DNA of 64,000 nt from positions 66,278,001-66,342,000 of the forward strand of contig OZ024742.1 in NCBI GenBank assembly GCA_964016885.1, read 5' to 3'. Positions 1 to 17,399 of this stretch are shown here, piece by piece. The stretch's first letter is position 1. Each line of letters opens with the position of its first letter. The notes beneath the pieces are model-generated. The model worked only from the letters and a program-made list of their open reading frames with translations, was not told the origin of the DNA and made no database searches. The translations under genes were made by a program, and so were the position numbers. This stretch comes from Eledone cirrhosa. Lineage: Eukaryota.

Positions 1-66
1 AATATAAAAATAATATATATATATATATATACACTTATATATATATATACATATATATACACACAG

Positions 67-114
<48 letters not shown>

Positions 115-225
115 GTATATACACTTATATATACACATATATATATATATGTATATGTACATATATATACACACACACACATACACACATTATATATATA
201 TATATATATACACATACATATATAT

Positions 226-265
<40 letters not shown>

Positions 266-480
266 ATACACACATACATACATTTACACATATATACACA
301 CACATACACAGTCATATATACATATAATTATTGGGGGGGGGGGATTAAATTTATTAGTGAGAAATAGTAAAAATATATAATTTTCAAGGAACATAGGGTC
401 ATAACCTGAAGTTAAAGCATTATATATGTTTACTTAATGGTATCAGTTTTAGGAAATGATATTTGTAAGAAGGAAAGCCA

Positions 481-703
481 AATTATGCAGTTCATCAGTA
501 GTAGAATATTAATTATAGGTTAACTAAATTAAAAATAGTTTATATATTAGTTTCTAAAGTGTATATTAATTAGGTTTATAATATTTAAAGCAGAATTATG
601 TAGTTCATCTGTAGTAGAATATTAATTATAGGTTAACTAAATTAAAAATAATTTATGTATTAATTTCTAAAGTGTATATTAATTAGGTTTATAATATTTA
701 AAG
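481..703. repeat. ~113-bp tandem duplication in the PLE 1 tail
   Basis: aattatg(c/t)agttcatc(a/t)gtagtagaat...tttaaag occurs twice (481, 594) and is mirrored at ~2090-2310. Confidence 0.85.
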
Positions 704-1830
704 GTTTTTCTCAGTTTATGATTACACCATATTATTAATTCCTGTCGCTTATTTAATAGGATATCCTTAGATTTCATTATTTCGAAAAGTTCTTGGGAAC
801 ATAATCTACATTCATTTCTACTATTTTGATAAGGGGTGGCCCTTTTGAGCACACTCCAGGTCAGGTCATATTCTATATTCCTCTTTCTATAACTATTAAT
901 TATTTCAGCTAGAGATGTTGTATTAGCTAGTGCGGCATTTTTAAAACTATGTTTGTGGGTATTAAATCTTACCTTAAAATTGTTAGAGGTAGCTCTTATA
1001 TATGAATAAATAGAGTCCTTAGTGTTAACTTTACATTTATATACTATGTTATTAACAAGGCAATTTCCTTTTAATGGACAGTTTGCCTTGTTTCTACAGT
1101 TACAACTTTTCGTGAATCCTGTATCTGAGGAGATATTATGGTTAGTTTGATGTACTGGTGGTATACTCATGGTTTTTTTTACATTTATATGCATTATATG
1201 CACTTATATTTTGTTTTATGTTTTTGGTTGTTGAGTAGGAGAATTTAACCGTTGATCTATTTAAGATTTGATGGTATTTGTGGTTTGGCGGGAAGTTTTT
1301 CTCTAGGATATTAAAGAATTTTTTAGGTATATTATCCTTAATTTGTAAATTAAATGGAGCATTATACCAAGTAACTCGTCTATTACGGTTTCTATGTTGT
1401 TTATTGTTTTTATAGGATGCATCCTGATGTTTATTAAGAGAATTATTGTTAATGACCTCTCCACACACATTTTTAGTTAGATTTATTGATTTAGGTGTTT
1501 TAGCTTGTTTATTAGGAGTTTTATTATTAACATTTATTAGAGTTGTAGGATGAGTAGTTTTTTGAGAGTTACTATACTGTATACTAGAAGAATTAGAGAA
1601 ATTTGGTTTTATGTTGGTGTTTTGGGGTATATTGTGAGTGGCATTTAGGTGTGTATGTTTCATTTGGTGTTTGTTGGTAATATTAGGTTGTATGTTTGTA
1701 GTGTTATTGGTAGAAGGTATATATACTAATCTATTTTTGTGGCAATTCTAGCTAGGGCTTCGTTACAAAAGGTCGCATTTTTATCAAATAAATCTTGGTT
1801 AGACGAAAGGTTAGAAATTCTAAGTGATAT
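679..1830 (-). mobile_element. Penelope-like element 1, 5'-truncated and frameshifted (end of RT thumb, linker, GIY-YIG endonuclease)
   Basis: ORFs 1142-1663 and 679-1203 give RVTWYNAPF...FPPNHKYHQILNRSTVKFSYS, CNCRNKANCPLKGNC, IVYKC...YIRAT..FKVRFNTHKHSF, CRLC, LLNKR, CNH. 1750-1830 (-) reads RISNLSSNQDLFDKNATF, which is thumb-like. Confidence 0.88.
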
Positions 1831-3868
<2,038 letters not shown>

Positions 3869-4584
3869 CAAGAAAGAAGAGTGACACGGTTTGCTATACA
3901 ATAAGGGCTTTAATCACATTGCTGACAATTGTTTCTCTGAACTGGTAGGTCTAGAGATCGCTACCCGCCTGTTTCGGCGTCAATCGATCACCAATACATA
4001 GTTATAACCAGTCAATTCATCTGAGCTAGCGGACTACCTATAACAATTATCTGTTATCCTGTATATATATATATGTGTGTGTGTGTGTGCGTGTGTGTGT
4101 GCGTGTGTGGGTGTGTGTGTGTGCCTTTCTGTGCATGTCTGTATATCTATGAATGCGACATTATATAAATTCACCTAATGAATGTGAACATATCCGCACA
4201 CGTCAAAATAGGCCACAGGCTAGATTTGATATAACGTACAAAACAAGACAGCCATTTGAGATGAAATCTCATTTTACTGACATCTTAGACAATGGTCAGA
4301 CTTCTATCCGTATATCAAGTAAAATATACTAACGTGGCCATATTCCAAGAAATTTCTTTTCGTTGTATGATGTAAGAATAATCTGCTCTTCTACATTGCT
4401 CATTTGCAGTCGTCCACCATAGTTGACTGTGTAAGTATGTCTCTGGTTCTTTGTGTCAATATTTGCCAGCCATACTTGCATGATTGCGTGTATACTCAAG
4501 CCCAAACTCATATACACGCCAACAACTTATATATATATACACACGACATACAAAACCACATCTCTCTCTTCCACTCCCTCTCTA

Positions 4585-4735
<151 letters not shown>

Positions 4736-4797
4736 GTGAGGTTTTTTTACAAAATGAAAGATAACCGAGGTGTCCTACACGAGTGAAAGTATAAAGA

Positions 4798-4998
4798 AAA
4801 AAAAGATGAAATCGAAAATGCAACTGGAGTCTTATTTAAAAAATATATATATATTTATTTACTTGGTTCCTTTACCGGTTTCAGTAAAGGAATATATATA
4901 TATTTATTTATTTGGTTCCTTTACCGGTTTCAGTAAAGGAATATATATATATATTTTAAATAAGACTCCAGTTGCATTTTCGATTTCATCTTTTTTTA
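4798..4998. repeat. Inverted repeat (~50-bp arms) enclosing a ~46-bp tandem duplication
   Basis: aagatgaaatcgaaaatgcaactggagtcttattt / aaataagactccagttgcattttcgatttcatctt. The inner ttggttcctttaccggtttcagtaaaggaat occurs twice. Confidence 0.85.
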
Positions 4999-5021
4999 TT
5001 TATATATATACATATATATAT

Positions 5022-5345
<324 letters not shown>

Positions 5346-6851
5346 ATAGAGTACATATTCGAATTCGTCACAAGAAATTACGCAATGTTATTGAAACAGA
5401 CATCACATGCATGCACATAAATATATAAACATGGTAAAATGAAATTAAAATAAAGCTCATCTAAACCCAATAATGCAGAAAATATTTCATAGAACCTCCC
5501 TCATACTGTGTGCATTTGCAAATCGTTGTTACAAGTAGATTTAATCAAATCGAATTGAATATCAATTATATTTCAAACATTTTACAAAAGTTCTATACTT
5601 TCAAAAATATTCTAATTTTATTAAATTTCGTTTTGTTAAATTTATTATCAATAATTTCTCAAAACTAACATGGAATATTTTATCTATTACATCACATTTT
5701 CGATTTTAGTTTAGAACCTGAAGATTTGTATTCGAAGCATTGCCTGAAGGACCGGAAATTGAGAACAATTTAATTGTAATGTAACAGAATGTAATCTATC
5801 TTCTATCTATTTGCGTCTCTCTGTGTACATGAATATATGTGTCTCAGTGTGTGCATGTAAGTGTGTTTGTTAGTACGCTAGCGTGTATTCGTCACTGTAT
5901 TTATATGTATTTTTGTTATATTCAAATATATGTTTATAATGTACATAACTGTGTTTGTCAGATTATGCAAGTATGTGATATAGTTTTAGTGATATTGCAT
6001 ATTATAGGGGAGGTTAAATTTGTTGTTCTTGCCCTTATTCCCCCTTTATAAAAAACAAATAAATACAGGAAATACGAATATCGATAATGCTGTACTACTT
6101 ATAAATGGGTTGAGCTGGGGTCCATTTAAGAGTTATGATACTTCTATACTAATTGATTATATTTGGTTATGAATAACAATTTGGGTGCAACAAATAATGA
6201 ACGCTTACGTACACACATGACACGGTGCTCTCTCAGAAAGTGAAAACATTTGTTATTGTAGAATGATATAAACTGCAACGCTTGTACAATGCAGGATGTC
6301 ATAATTATTTGATTTCTTTTGTTTCAGTCTGGAGGAGAGACATTATCCATGATTCTTGTAAGACCTCCGACATTTTTTTATTTCGTAAAATGTGTAATGG
6401 AACTACGTCTGATTACAAGCTGCAATATACACAAATATGCAATAAATCGGTATTGTCTGGATTGTTGGATTGTTTTTGCAGAACTGAGGATGTTCTGCTG
6501 TTGTAATGTTGAGCTGTTAAGATATGACGTTGTGATATGATGGCGATGATTTTGTGAGAATGCAGCGTCTTATTGCGTTGTTAATTTTGAGAACATCTAC
6601 TCCATTCTGCCCGCTAGGACGTCGAGGGTGAGTAAACCGTAAATAAAAGTGAAGATGATTATCAAACTTAGGTAAAAAAAAGTTATTTTTGACACTTGTT
6701 TAATTCTATAGCCTCATTAACTTAAGCCACTAACTGCTGTTTTATATATAGGGAAAGCAATAAAAAGTTGATGAGGCACTTAATTTTTATTTTTATATAT
6801 ACACGCAAATTCACAGTACATGCATGAAAAGAAATGTAAAGTAGTAGCAGG

Positions 6852-6937
<86 letters not shown>

Positions 6938-7429
6938 TTGTGTGTGTGTCAGACAGAGAGATGAGAGAGAGGGTGGGTAGCATTAAAAGAAACAGAGAGA
7001 CTGAAAGAGAAAGAAGAGGCGTAACAGGGTAAGAGAGAAAAGAGTGGCAGAAAAGTCAGAGAATGCGACAACAAGAGAGACTGAGAGAGAGTTAGGGAGA
7101 GAGCGAGAGTGGGAGAGAGGAGGCAGAAAAAATACAGAGAGAGAGAGAGAAAGAGAGAAAGAAATAAACAGAGCACGTGGAGTGGTTTTAAGACTGAGTT
7201 AGTGAGAGAAAAGATGGAGCGTTAGTATGAAAGTAGGAGGTTGAGAGAGAGAGAGAGCGAGAGAGAGAGTGAGAGACGAAGAGAAAAGAAAGATTATGTG
7301 GTTAACATTGCATTAAACATCACTGACCTGTTGAGTGATCTAAAGAGAGAACAAGAGTCCTTCAGAATTTTCGATTATTCCCATCAACACCATATTTCTC
7401 CATATCATCCCCCTTTCTCGTTTACGTCG

Positions 7430-7725
7430 TTTCATCATCTTCAACATCATATCCTCAGCTTCATCATCATCTTCACCATCATCATCATCTTCATCATCAT
7501 CTTCACCATCATCATAATCATCGTCACCATCATCATCATCATCATCCTCTTCATCATCATCGTCACCATCATCATCATCATCACCACCATCATCATCATC
7601 ATCATTTTCACCATCATCAGCATCATCATCATCATCAGCATCATCATCACCATCATCATCACCATCACCATCATCATCACCATCATCATCACCATCGTCA
7701 TCGCCATATTTTTTCATTATCATTA
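7430..7725. repeat. (CAT/CAC)n trinucleotide microsatellite
   Basis: Direct reading. Confidence 0.95.
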
Positions 7726-7894
7726 AGACAATTCTTCTTTTGTTGCCTTCTCCTCCACCAAATCCCACCATCGTAATCACCTTAAAATGGCGACGATGGA
7801 GAGCATCAGCAGAACCTTCCACGTCTAATCATTCTCTTTCTCTTTCTCCTTCTCCTACCAATCCTCATGGCCATCATCAATATCTATATCGTTG

Positions 7895-8485
7895 TCATCA
7901 TCATCATCATCATCATCATCACCGCCACAACCACCACAACTATCATCATCATCATCACCACCACTACCATCACCATCAGCACCATCATCATCATCACCAC
8001 CACCACCACCACAACCATCATCATCATCACCAACACAACCATCATTATCATCATCACCACCACCACCACCACCACCATCACAACTATCATCATCATCATC
8101 ACCACCACCACCATCACCATCAGCACCATCATCATCACCACCACCACCACCACAACCATCATCATCACCACCACCACCACCACAACCATCATCGTCACCA
8201 CCACCACCACCACAACCATCATCATCATCACCACCACCACCACAACCATCATTATCATCATCATCATCACCACCACCACCACCACCACAACTATCATTAT
8301 CATCATCACCACCATCACCATCAGCACCATCATCATCATCACCACAACCACCACCACCACCACCACAACTATCATCATCATCATCATCACCACCACCACC
8401 ATCACCATCAGCACCATCATCATCACCACCACCACCATCACCACCACCACCACCACCATCATCATCATCATTATTATTATTATTG
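7895..8485. repeat. (CAT/CAC)n compound microsatellite with higher-order subunits
   Basis: Recurring cacaactatcatcat, caccatcagcacc and cacaaccatcat blocks. Confidence 0.93.
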
Positions 8486-8899
8486 ATCTATTCTTTTTAA
8501 AACCTGAACTATCTCATTGAATTATCGATTCTCTTTTTTATACAAAAAAACAACAAACCTGTCAGAGCTGGTTGGGGAGAGGGATATAAAAACAAAAGCA
8601 AAACAAATTCTTCAAAATGCAACTAAAGAAACAAAGGAGAAATAATTTTTAAAAAAGGAAAAGAAAAGAAAAACGCTTTTGCTATTATTTCTATGTTATT
8701 ATTTAGTTTATTACAATTCATCTTCATTAAGATGGCAGCTAGAATTAGAGAATTTCATCGTCATGGTCTGAGAGTGCCACAGGGAGAATCGTGTAAAACA
8801 ACATCCGATAATTTTTGGTTATTCAAAGAGAGATAGGGAGAAATAGAGATAGATAGATAGATAGATAGATAGAGAGAGAGAGGGAGAGAGAGAGAGAGA

Positions 8900-8967
<68 letters not shown>

Positions 8968-10896
8968 TGTTTCTTTACATTTTTATGGTTTTACAAAAAT
9001 AATTTTATTATCCTATTCTAGATCGTGAAATGATAGAATATTGTTTAAAAGAAACATTGAACCATTGCAGAAAGATTAAATAGGTTTGGGTAGCTTTGGT
9101 TAGACCATAGATGAAGTTCTTCGGTGAGTGTAGATGAAGTGAGGCGTTTACGTACGCCATTGATGTAGTAGTTGATGAGGTCATTGCTTTAGCCTTTGTG
9201 CAAGTTTGGTGCGGGTGGTATCTCAAGTTATTTTTCAGTGAGGATTGTCGAGATGAAGTTATAGACGAGATGTTTGGTAACATAACAACTGTCATTTTTT
9301 TCATTTTTCTTTTCTATTTTTTTAAATTAAGTGATTGATTCAGTGAAGTCATCATCGTCGCTTTTCTTCAGGGTATAAATGATGGTTTGGTTGAAGCGAC
9401 AGATTAGATTTAATTAAAGTCATTCCTGAAGATTTTCATGGGGTTTCTGTGTGTTCTTTAAGCACGTGGTTGAGGGAATAGCTAGCACTTGGTGTGATGA
9501 GATAGCCACGAATTACATGATTCACAGTTAAGTGACTTCTACCGTCATGTAAGTGGACATTGATAGGCAGTAACCGTGTAAGAGGCATGCAGTACGCATA
9601 GACACGTCGTACTAATATACATGTGAGTTAAATGGAGAAACATTACATGAAGTGTTTTTTCTCAAGGAAACAGAGCGCCAATCAATTCTGGAATCGAATC
9701 TACAACACTACAATTGTACGCCCAACACTCTAACAATTAAATATCTATACACAACACACACACACATACACAGATTCACATACACACACTCACACACACT
9801 CTCCCTCTCTCACACACATATATATATATATATACATGCATATATAATTATATATATTTGTGTGTGTATGTGTGTTTACGATATTACTACTATTATAATT
9901 TATACAAATACTAGCTTCACTTGCACCATATTGCTGTTTCTATTTACATATGTCCTTGGTTCATAATACATCCTTGTACGATATTTACTCAATAGTTGTG
10001 TATGTGTTGCTTGTGAAATGCTACAAGATATTCTAAACACAACAAACGAAAAGAAGTCTTTTCATATAAAGTGTTTGATATCTGATATTTCATGAACAAC
10101 ATGTTACATCTTATTTAAATCAGATCAAAAGGAATGTTGTACTTATATATACCTGATACATTAGTGCAACCGCCAGACATACATTACTTAAAAATGTAAA
10201 GTCCCAAAATGCTTCACCAATGAATTTGAAAATGAAAGTAAAAAGATTACCTAAAATAGACTTATAATTTAAATAAAAAATGCGTGATTTGGAAACGATA
10301 AGGTTGGTGGTGACATCAATAGTAATTGAAGTTGTCGTTATTTCAATGATGACGAAGGGCGCATGCTGAAAGAGATGTCAGAGCTAATGATGTCGATGAT
10401 GTCAGATATTCTGTCATTGCGATGTAGAGAAGGCGAAAGTGATGGAGACAATGACCAAATCAATGGTCGTGAGTCTACCATTACAAGTGGCAGTCGTGGT
10501 GATTGTAATGGTGGTTTTGTTATAAGCTACTTAGTTAAATTGTGGTGGACAGTATGACGGTGATCTGAATATTTTATGAAAGATTTATGATGTTGTGGAT
10601 GCAGTGTCAAGGATGAGGTTGCAGTTGTTGCGCAAAAAGCAGTGGTGGCAAATCAGTAGAGAAAGGTTTTATTGAAATTACCAGTTGCGGTGATAATGGT
10701 TGCCGTTTTAGAATATACGACATGATGACAAGAATGCAGACAGTTTGCTAACAAACGTAGCCAATATATGATTCTCATTTTTTAAGGATGTATAGTAAAA
10801 GGTGAAAGCAACACGTTGCCATAGTAACGTAGATATTATTTAGGTTCATCTTTTGCAAAAGGAGAATCCGTAAGTATACTCTAATAGGTTTCCTTC

Positions 10897-11141
<245 letters not shown>

Positions 11142-11209
11142 ATAATAATAAATTTGAAGACTAAAATCCAAAGATTCATTGCTTAAACTTTAATCTGTTA
11201 TTTTAATAA

Positions 11210-11267
<58 letters not shown>

Positions 11268-11272
<5 letters not shown>

Positions 11273-11890
11273 TTAATAAAATAGATGTTCTTTTGATCAA
11301 TTACCTTATATTATACATATTTCGGATGTACAACAGTACGTCCTCATCAGACAAAATATAATGATACTGACATACCCTGAGATGTTAAATGGTTAAGATT
11401 TAATCAAGGTAGTGATTAACCTAAGAGAAGATTTAACATATATATACCCTAATTATGAGAAAATGCGAAAACGTAATAAATTCATTAGAGAATGTATGAG
11501 TAAGAAAAACGTTACTTAATGTAACTGTTCTAGAGATTTTAAAATGTATGGTACTACGATATATCTAGGAAAACATCTCATGTATCATAACAGCCAGTGA
11601 TAGCCACTGGAAAAGGATTTATAAAGAGGGAAAGATAAAGGGGAGGAGGGGTTTGATATATGCAAAAGGAGATTTTTTCCGAAAGTTAAACGGTTAAATT
11701 TGAAAATATTTAATTTATAATATTACGGTAAAGACTCCAGATTTCAGGATTATTTGCTGGTTATTTATATATTAGTTTAATAAATTCAATAAGTGTGTTA
11801 TCATTTCTAAGCTTCTGAGTTTTATGAGGGTAACAATCTACTTTAAAACTCATTCTTTGACATACTCATTGAATATTGTTTAACACTTTA
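11268..11890 (-). mobile_element. Solo PLE 3' tail (pseudo-LTR) between (TA)n tracts
   Basis: Non-coding AT-rich block bounded by (TA)n with a hammerhead core near its minus-strand 3' end, as in PLE 2. Confidence 0.55.
11305..11362 (-). ncRNA. Minimal type I hammerhead ribozyme candidate
   Basis: Minus strand: ttatattttgt CTGATGA GGAcGTAC tgtt GTACaTCC GAAA tatg TA taatataa. Core and stem II are good; stems I and III are weak. Confidence 0.6.
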
Positions 11891-11916
11891 ATATATATAT
11901 ATATATATATGTATGC

Positions 11917-12648
<732 letters not shown>

Positions 12649-12988
12649 CTGTGTGCGTGTAGATATATATAATCACTCGAGCACGCACTCCACAAAGACA
12701 CATAAGCACATATATACTCCATATTATATATTGCAGGAAAATATCCATATAAAATTGGTTAATATTCTTATCTGTGAGTTGAATGAAGAATCGGTGCCAA
12801 AGGCAATCTTTGGTTTCTTCAATAGAGGTAAAATGTTACTGTCAATAATATAATGGTGAGTTACTTTTGTGGTTGTTTTTGTGACTTCGTTACACATGAG
12901 AATACGGTAGATGTAGTTACACGCTATATATATATATATATATATATGCGTTCAAATCGCAAGGGACGTGAACCACTAGTTTGTATGT

Positions 12989-13096
<108 letters not shown>

Positions 13097-13417
13097 ATGT
13101 ATGTGTGTGTGTGTGTGTGTGTATTTATATATATATATATATATATTTATTCATATGTATGTGTGTATTCATGTATATGTATTCATGTAAATGCATATAT
13201 ATAGTGTAGTTATAAAGGGAATATCCACTGACGGTAGTGCAATCAGTGTGTGAGGGAGTTCGAATATATGAATTTATTACACTCCTATTAAAACGCCATA
13301 TTCAGTACAGTTGTTTCGTTGCAATATCATTTGCATGTACACATACAGTGGCACGCATCAGGTGTTGGGGTTATGATGTATTTATAATGGGTCAATATAT
13401 TCATATCATGTATGCAT

Positions 13418-13486
<69 letters not shown>

Positions 13487-13624
13487 AATTAAAATACTAG
13501 AGTGTGTTGGAGTTAAACACCCTCTTCATATTATAGAAATGACAGTAAAGGTATAGCTCAATGTAATTAAACAGAGCCGAAGAATTAAGAAATAAACCAA
13601 AGAAGCCTTCAATACATCAAAAGT

Positions 13625-13678
13625 CTTTATTAGCCAACAATGTTTCGTCCTATTAAGGACTCATCAGGGCAAGTAAAG
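13625..13678 (-). ncRNA. Minimal type I hammerhead ribozyme (inverted pLTR copy)
   Basis: Exact reverse complement of 17053-17106. Confidence 0.85.
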
Positions 13679-14007
13679 CTTTAAGAAGCACTATCGGTCA
13701 ATACAAGCCAAAAACTCAGAAGAATATGGAGTATACATACATTAAAGCATAGGAAAATTATCAAGTAAAAATTGCTAAGGAAGTGAATAACATTTTGAAC
13801 CATATTACAAATATAGTACAATGCAAAAACTAAAGCTAAACACAAGTGATGATATAAAGGGAGAATTACGGTGCTAAATATAATATAATATAATATAATA
13901 TAATATAATATAATATAATATAATATAATATAATTGATAATGATAAAAATAATAATATTAAAAGGCCCAATAAACATACACATACATATACATATGTACA
14001 CATATAC

Positions 14008-15367
14008 AGCTAATAGAATTTCCACAATTTTCACACTCTCTAAGGACATAGGAATATTTAATGCACATGCAGAGTACTATAATAACGCCCTAGCTAGCTC
14101 CGGTTACTCTGGTAAAATACATTATAATAATAGTAACCTTAGAAAGTCTCCGCTTACATATAATAATAATAACATAATATCCCATAATATGGCTATGAAT
14201 GGGAGTAGAAAGCATAAGAATAGTAGAAATCACATAGGTGTATCCGAACCCATCCATAAGTTAAGCCACCGGATTCGTAATAGTGAATCTAATAGTTCTA
14301 GGGATCAAGTTGGGCGCTCTGAGCGCTCACTCAGTGGTAGTGCTTATGCTAAATCTAATTCTAATAGTGTTGTTTCTACTGATCCTATTATTAGCCCTAA
14401 TTCTTTTGATATGATTCCAGATAGCAGTAGATATACTAAAGGTAGAAACAGAAAGAGACTCAATGGAGTTTCGGTTGATTCTAATAACGTGGTTTTAACT
14501 AGTCCTCGTAGTAACCCTGATCTTAATAACAATGGGATATTAGATAACGGTAGAGTTGGTAAGGATAGAAATAGAAGGAGACTAAATACTTATTTTAACC
14601 CGCCATATAATCAGGAAGTATTAACTAACATCCCTAGGTCTTTCTTTTCTATCTTAGAGAAAAATTTCCCTCCTACTAATAAATACCATGGTATTTTTAA
14701 TAAAAATGTAATTAAACTATCATTCTCTACCACCCCTAATATTAGTTCTCATTTAGCTAGCACTAACAATTGGAAAATTAGGGATGGCTACTCCTTTCTG
14801 CGTACTACTAGTCTGGATAGATCCATAATTGCCTTACCACCTGAGCAGACCTTATCTCATAGTAACCCTACGAGGGATGCATCACTACTTCAGCTGATTA
14901 ATAGCACCCGGAAGTGTAACTGTAGAGTGAGTGTTAGCTGCCCTTTAAACGGTAAGTGCCTCTCTAAGAACATCGTTTATGCTTGTGTAGTTAAAACTAA
15001 TTCCTCTAATAGCACATATATAGGCTCAACATCTAACACTTTTAAGACTAGGATTAATTCTCATATCTCTAATTTTAAACATGTTAAGTTTAAGAATACT
15101 ACTTCGTTAGCACACCATATCTGGGATCTTAAGGGGACTAATATACCATATAGCCTTAATTGGCGAATAGTAGCACGCTCTAATAATCTATCAACACACA
15201 CTAAATTCTGTAATCTCTGTATCCTTGAGACCCACTCTATAATTTTCTCTAGGGAACTCTTACTTAATAGAAAGTCTGAGATATTCTCTTCTTTCCCCCA
15301 CGCCATTTCTAATTCTTACTTTTATTATAAACCTAAAAGTTCTGGTAGTATAAATTGTATCCATTAG
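14008..15367 (+). pseudogene. PLE ORF remnant: RT thumb end, long N/S/R-rich insert, CxCx5Cx5C linker, GIY-YIG endonuclease
   Basis: IFNAHAEYYNNALASSGY; YFNPPY; CNCRVSVSCPLNGKC; IVYAC...YIGST..FKTRINSH; CNLCILE; LLNRKSE. The track's start at 13934 lies in the inverted repeat and is spurious. No RT core. Confidence 0.88.
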
Positions 15368-17052
15368 GTGCTATATTCCCTTATCTTTTTTGTTTAGGTT
15401 CATTTTGTTTACCTCCATCATTATCATTATTATTATTATTGGTTTTTAACAGCTTTTCGATCTAGCTTTCATAGTCTTTTGGCTACCATACCACATCTTT
15501 CTTCTTAAATATTATATTTTCACTATTAACACCTTATGAGTTTATATCTGATTATATATTTAATTTTATTTTATTTCATATTATTTTATTTTATTTTATT
15601 TGGATTCTCATTTAGATAATTAACCCCTCCCTCCTCCTCCCCCACACACTTGTCATTCGCCCCATCAATTATACTATAATTATATTCAATTCCCTATTAT
15701 GCCTCTTTCTATTGTATAATACAGTATATTGATTATGATTTTATGCTCCTTCGCATCCTCATACATTTCTTTTTTCTGTCCCCATTGGCCTACCATAGTT
15801 CTATTTAAAGTCTGTTTATTAGATAACGTTATTCAACTGATAGTAAAGTATTTCATTCTATTCTGGATGTTCTTATTGTGATATCTTAAACTTTGGAGAT
15901 TTTGATTACTTAAACCATAGCTAATTTTGTATTGACCTATTATATATTTTAAATACTTGCAATATTAATTAATTTAATAGGGTTTTCTAGTCATTTATCC
16001 GGGTTTGTTTTCCTAATTTTTTTACTTAACTGCTTGTGACACCTAAGTAAATATTTTTGTTTTTGTTTTTCGATTTCCGGTTGATTTGATTTTATTTATA
16101 TTTATTTTTTTACTACTGTGCGTAGTTTTCTATCTGGGTCTTATTCACTTATTCACATATGTCTGTCTACCAACCATGTAATTATGTATATTATACTATG
16201 TTCATTATTTGATATTGATGTACCCTTATGTTAAATTTTGTAAATTCTGTAATATGTTTATATTTTTATAAATTTTGTAATGTTTAGATAATACTTATTT
16301 ATACCAATTGTATAAAAACTTGACCTCCGTCTGTTTTCTTACAACGGTATAGATATTTTTCCAGCACAATCTTTTCAACACAATTTAGTTCTGTATGATA
16401 TTTTTTTATCACCCCCTGTGTGTAATTTTATATGATTTGTTATGTTATATGCCAATATATTATAATATTGTTATTATAGTGTTATTGTAATATTTATACT
16501 GTTTGTGCAAATTGACCGGAGATTATTAATTATATATTTATATAGTATATTATATTCTATATGTTTACTTTTACTCATTTCTTTATCATTTTATACTGTA
16601 AATAATATATGTATTATTTTTATTTTTATTTTTATTTTTATGTTTATTTATATTTAAACTCTTAATAGGTGTTAGTTTGGGTTTGCATAGATGGATATGT
16701 GTATTGATATATATATGTATATGTATATGTATATGTGTACATATGTATATGTATGTGTATGTTTATTGGGCCTTTTAATATTATTATTATTATCATTATC
16801 AATTGTATTATATTATATTATATTATATTATATTATATTATATTATATTATATTTAGCACCGTAATTCTCCCTTTATATCACCACTTGTGTTTAGCTTTA
16901 GTTTTTGCATTGTACTATATTTCTAATATGGTTAAAAATGTTATTCACTTCCTTAGCAATTTTTACTTGATAATTGTCCTATGCTTTAATGTATGTATAC
17001 TCCATATTCTTCTGAGTTTTTGGCTTGTATTGGCCGATAGTGCTTCTTATAG

Positions 17053-17106
17053 CTTTACTTGCCCTGATGAGTCCTTAATAGGACGAAACATTGTTGGCTA
17101 ATAAAG
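17053..17106 (+). ncRNA. Minimal type I hammerhead ribozyme
   Basis: CTTTActtGCC CTGATGA GTCC ttaata GGAC GAAA C att G TT / GGCtaaTAAAG: full core, 4-bp stem II, short stem III, bulged stem I. Predicted GUU cleavage after 17095. Confidence 0.88.
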
Positions 17107-17142
17107 ACTTTTGATGTATTGAAGGCTTCTTTTGTTTATTTC

Positions 17143-17226
<84 letters not shown>

Positions 17227-17248
17227 TATGTATATATATATATATAAG

Positions 17249-17351
<103 letters not shown>

Positions 17352-17399
17352 CATATATATATATATATGTATGTATATATATATGTATATATATATATG

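Larger units (their letters stand above)
13484..17146 (+). mobile_element. Penelope-like element 2: 5'-truncated, inverted pseudo-LTR at the 5' end, inserted in (TA)n
   Basis: 13585-~14005 is the reverse complement of ~16715-17146. (TA)n on both sides. GIY-YIG ORF inside, with a hammerhead in each repeat. Confidence 0.93.

Noticed and set aside
7241-8520. Poly-His, poly-Asp and Ser/Pro extensin-like ORFs
   Set aside because: Trinucleotide microsatellite open in several frames on both strands, with no flanking domain or splice evidence.
9008-9304. 98-aa minus-strand ORF in unique sequence
   Set aside because: No recognisable domain or convincing splice signals; may be chance.
13484-17146. 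TIR DNA transposon or homing endonuclease cassette
   Set aside because: The ORF starts with a PLE RT-thumb remnant and the repeats are PLE tails with hammerheads; there is no transposase.
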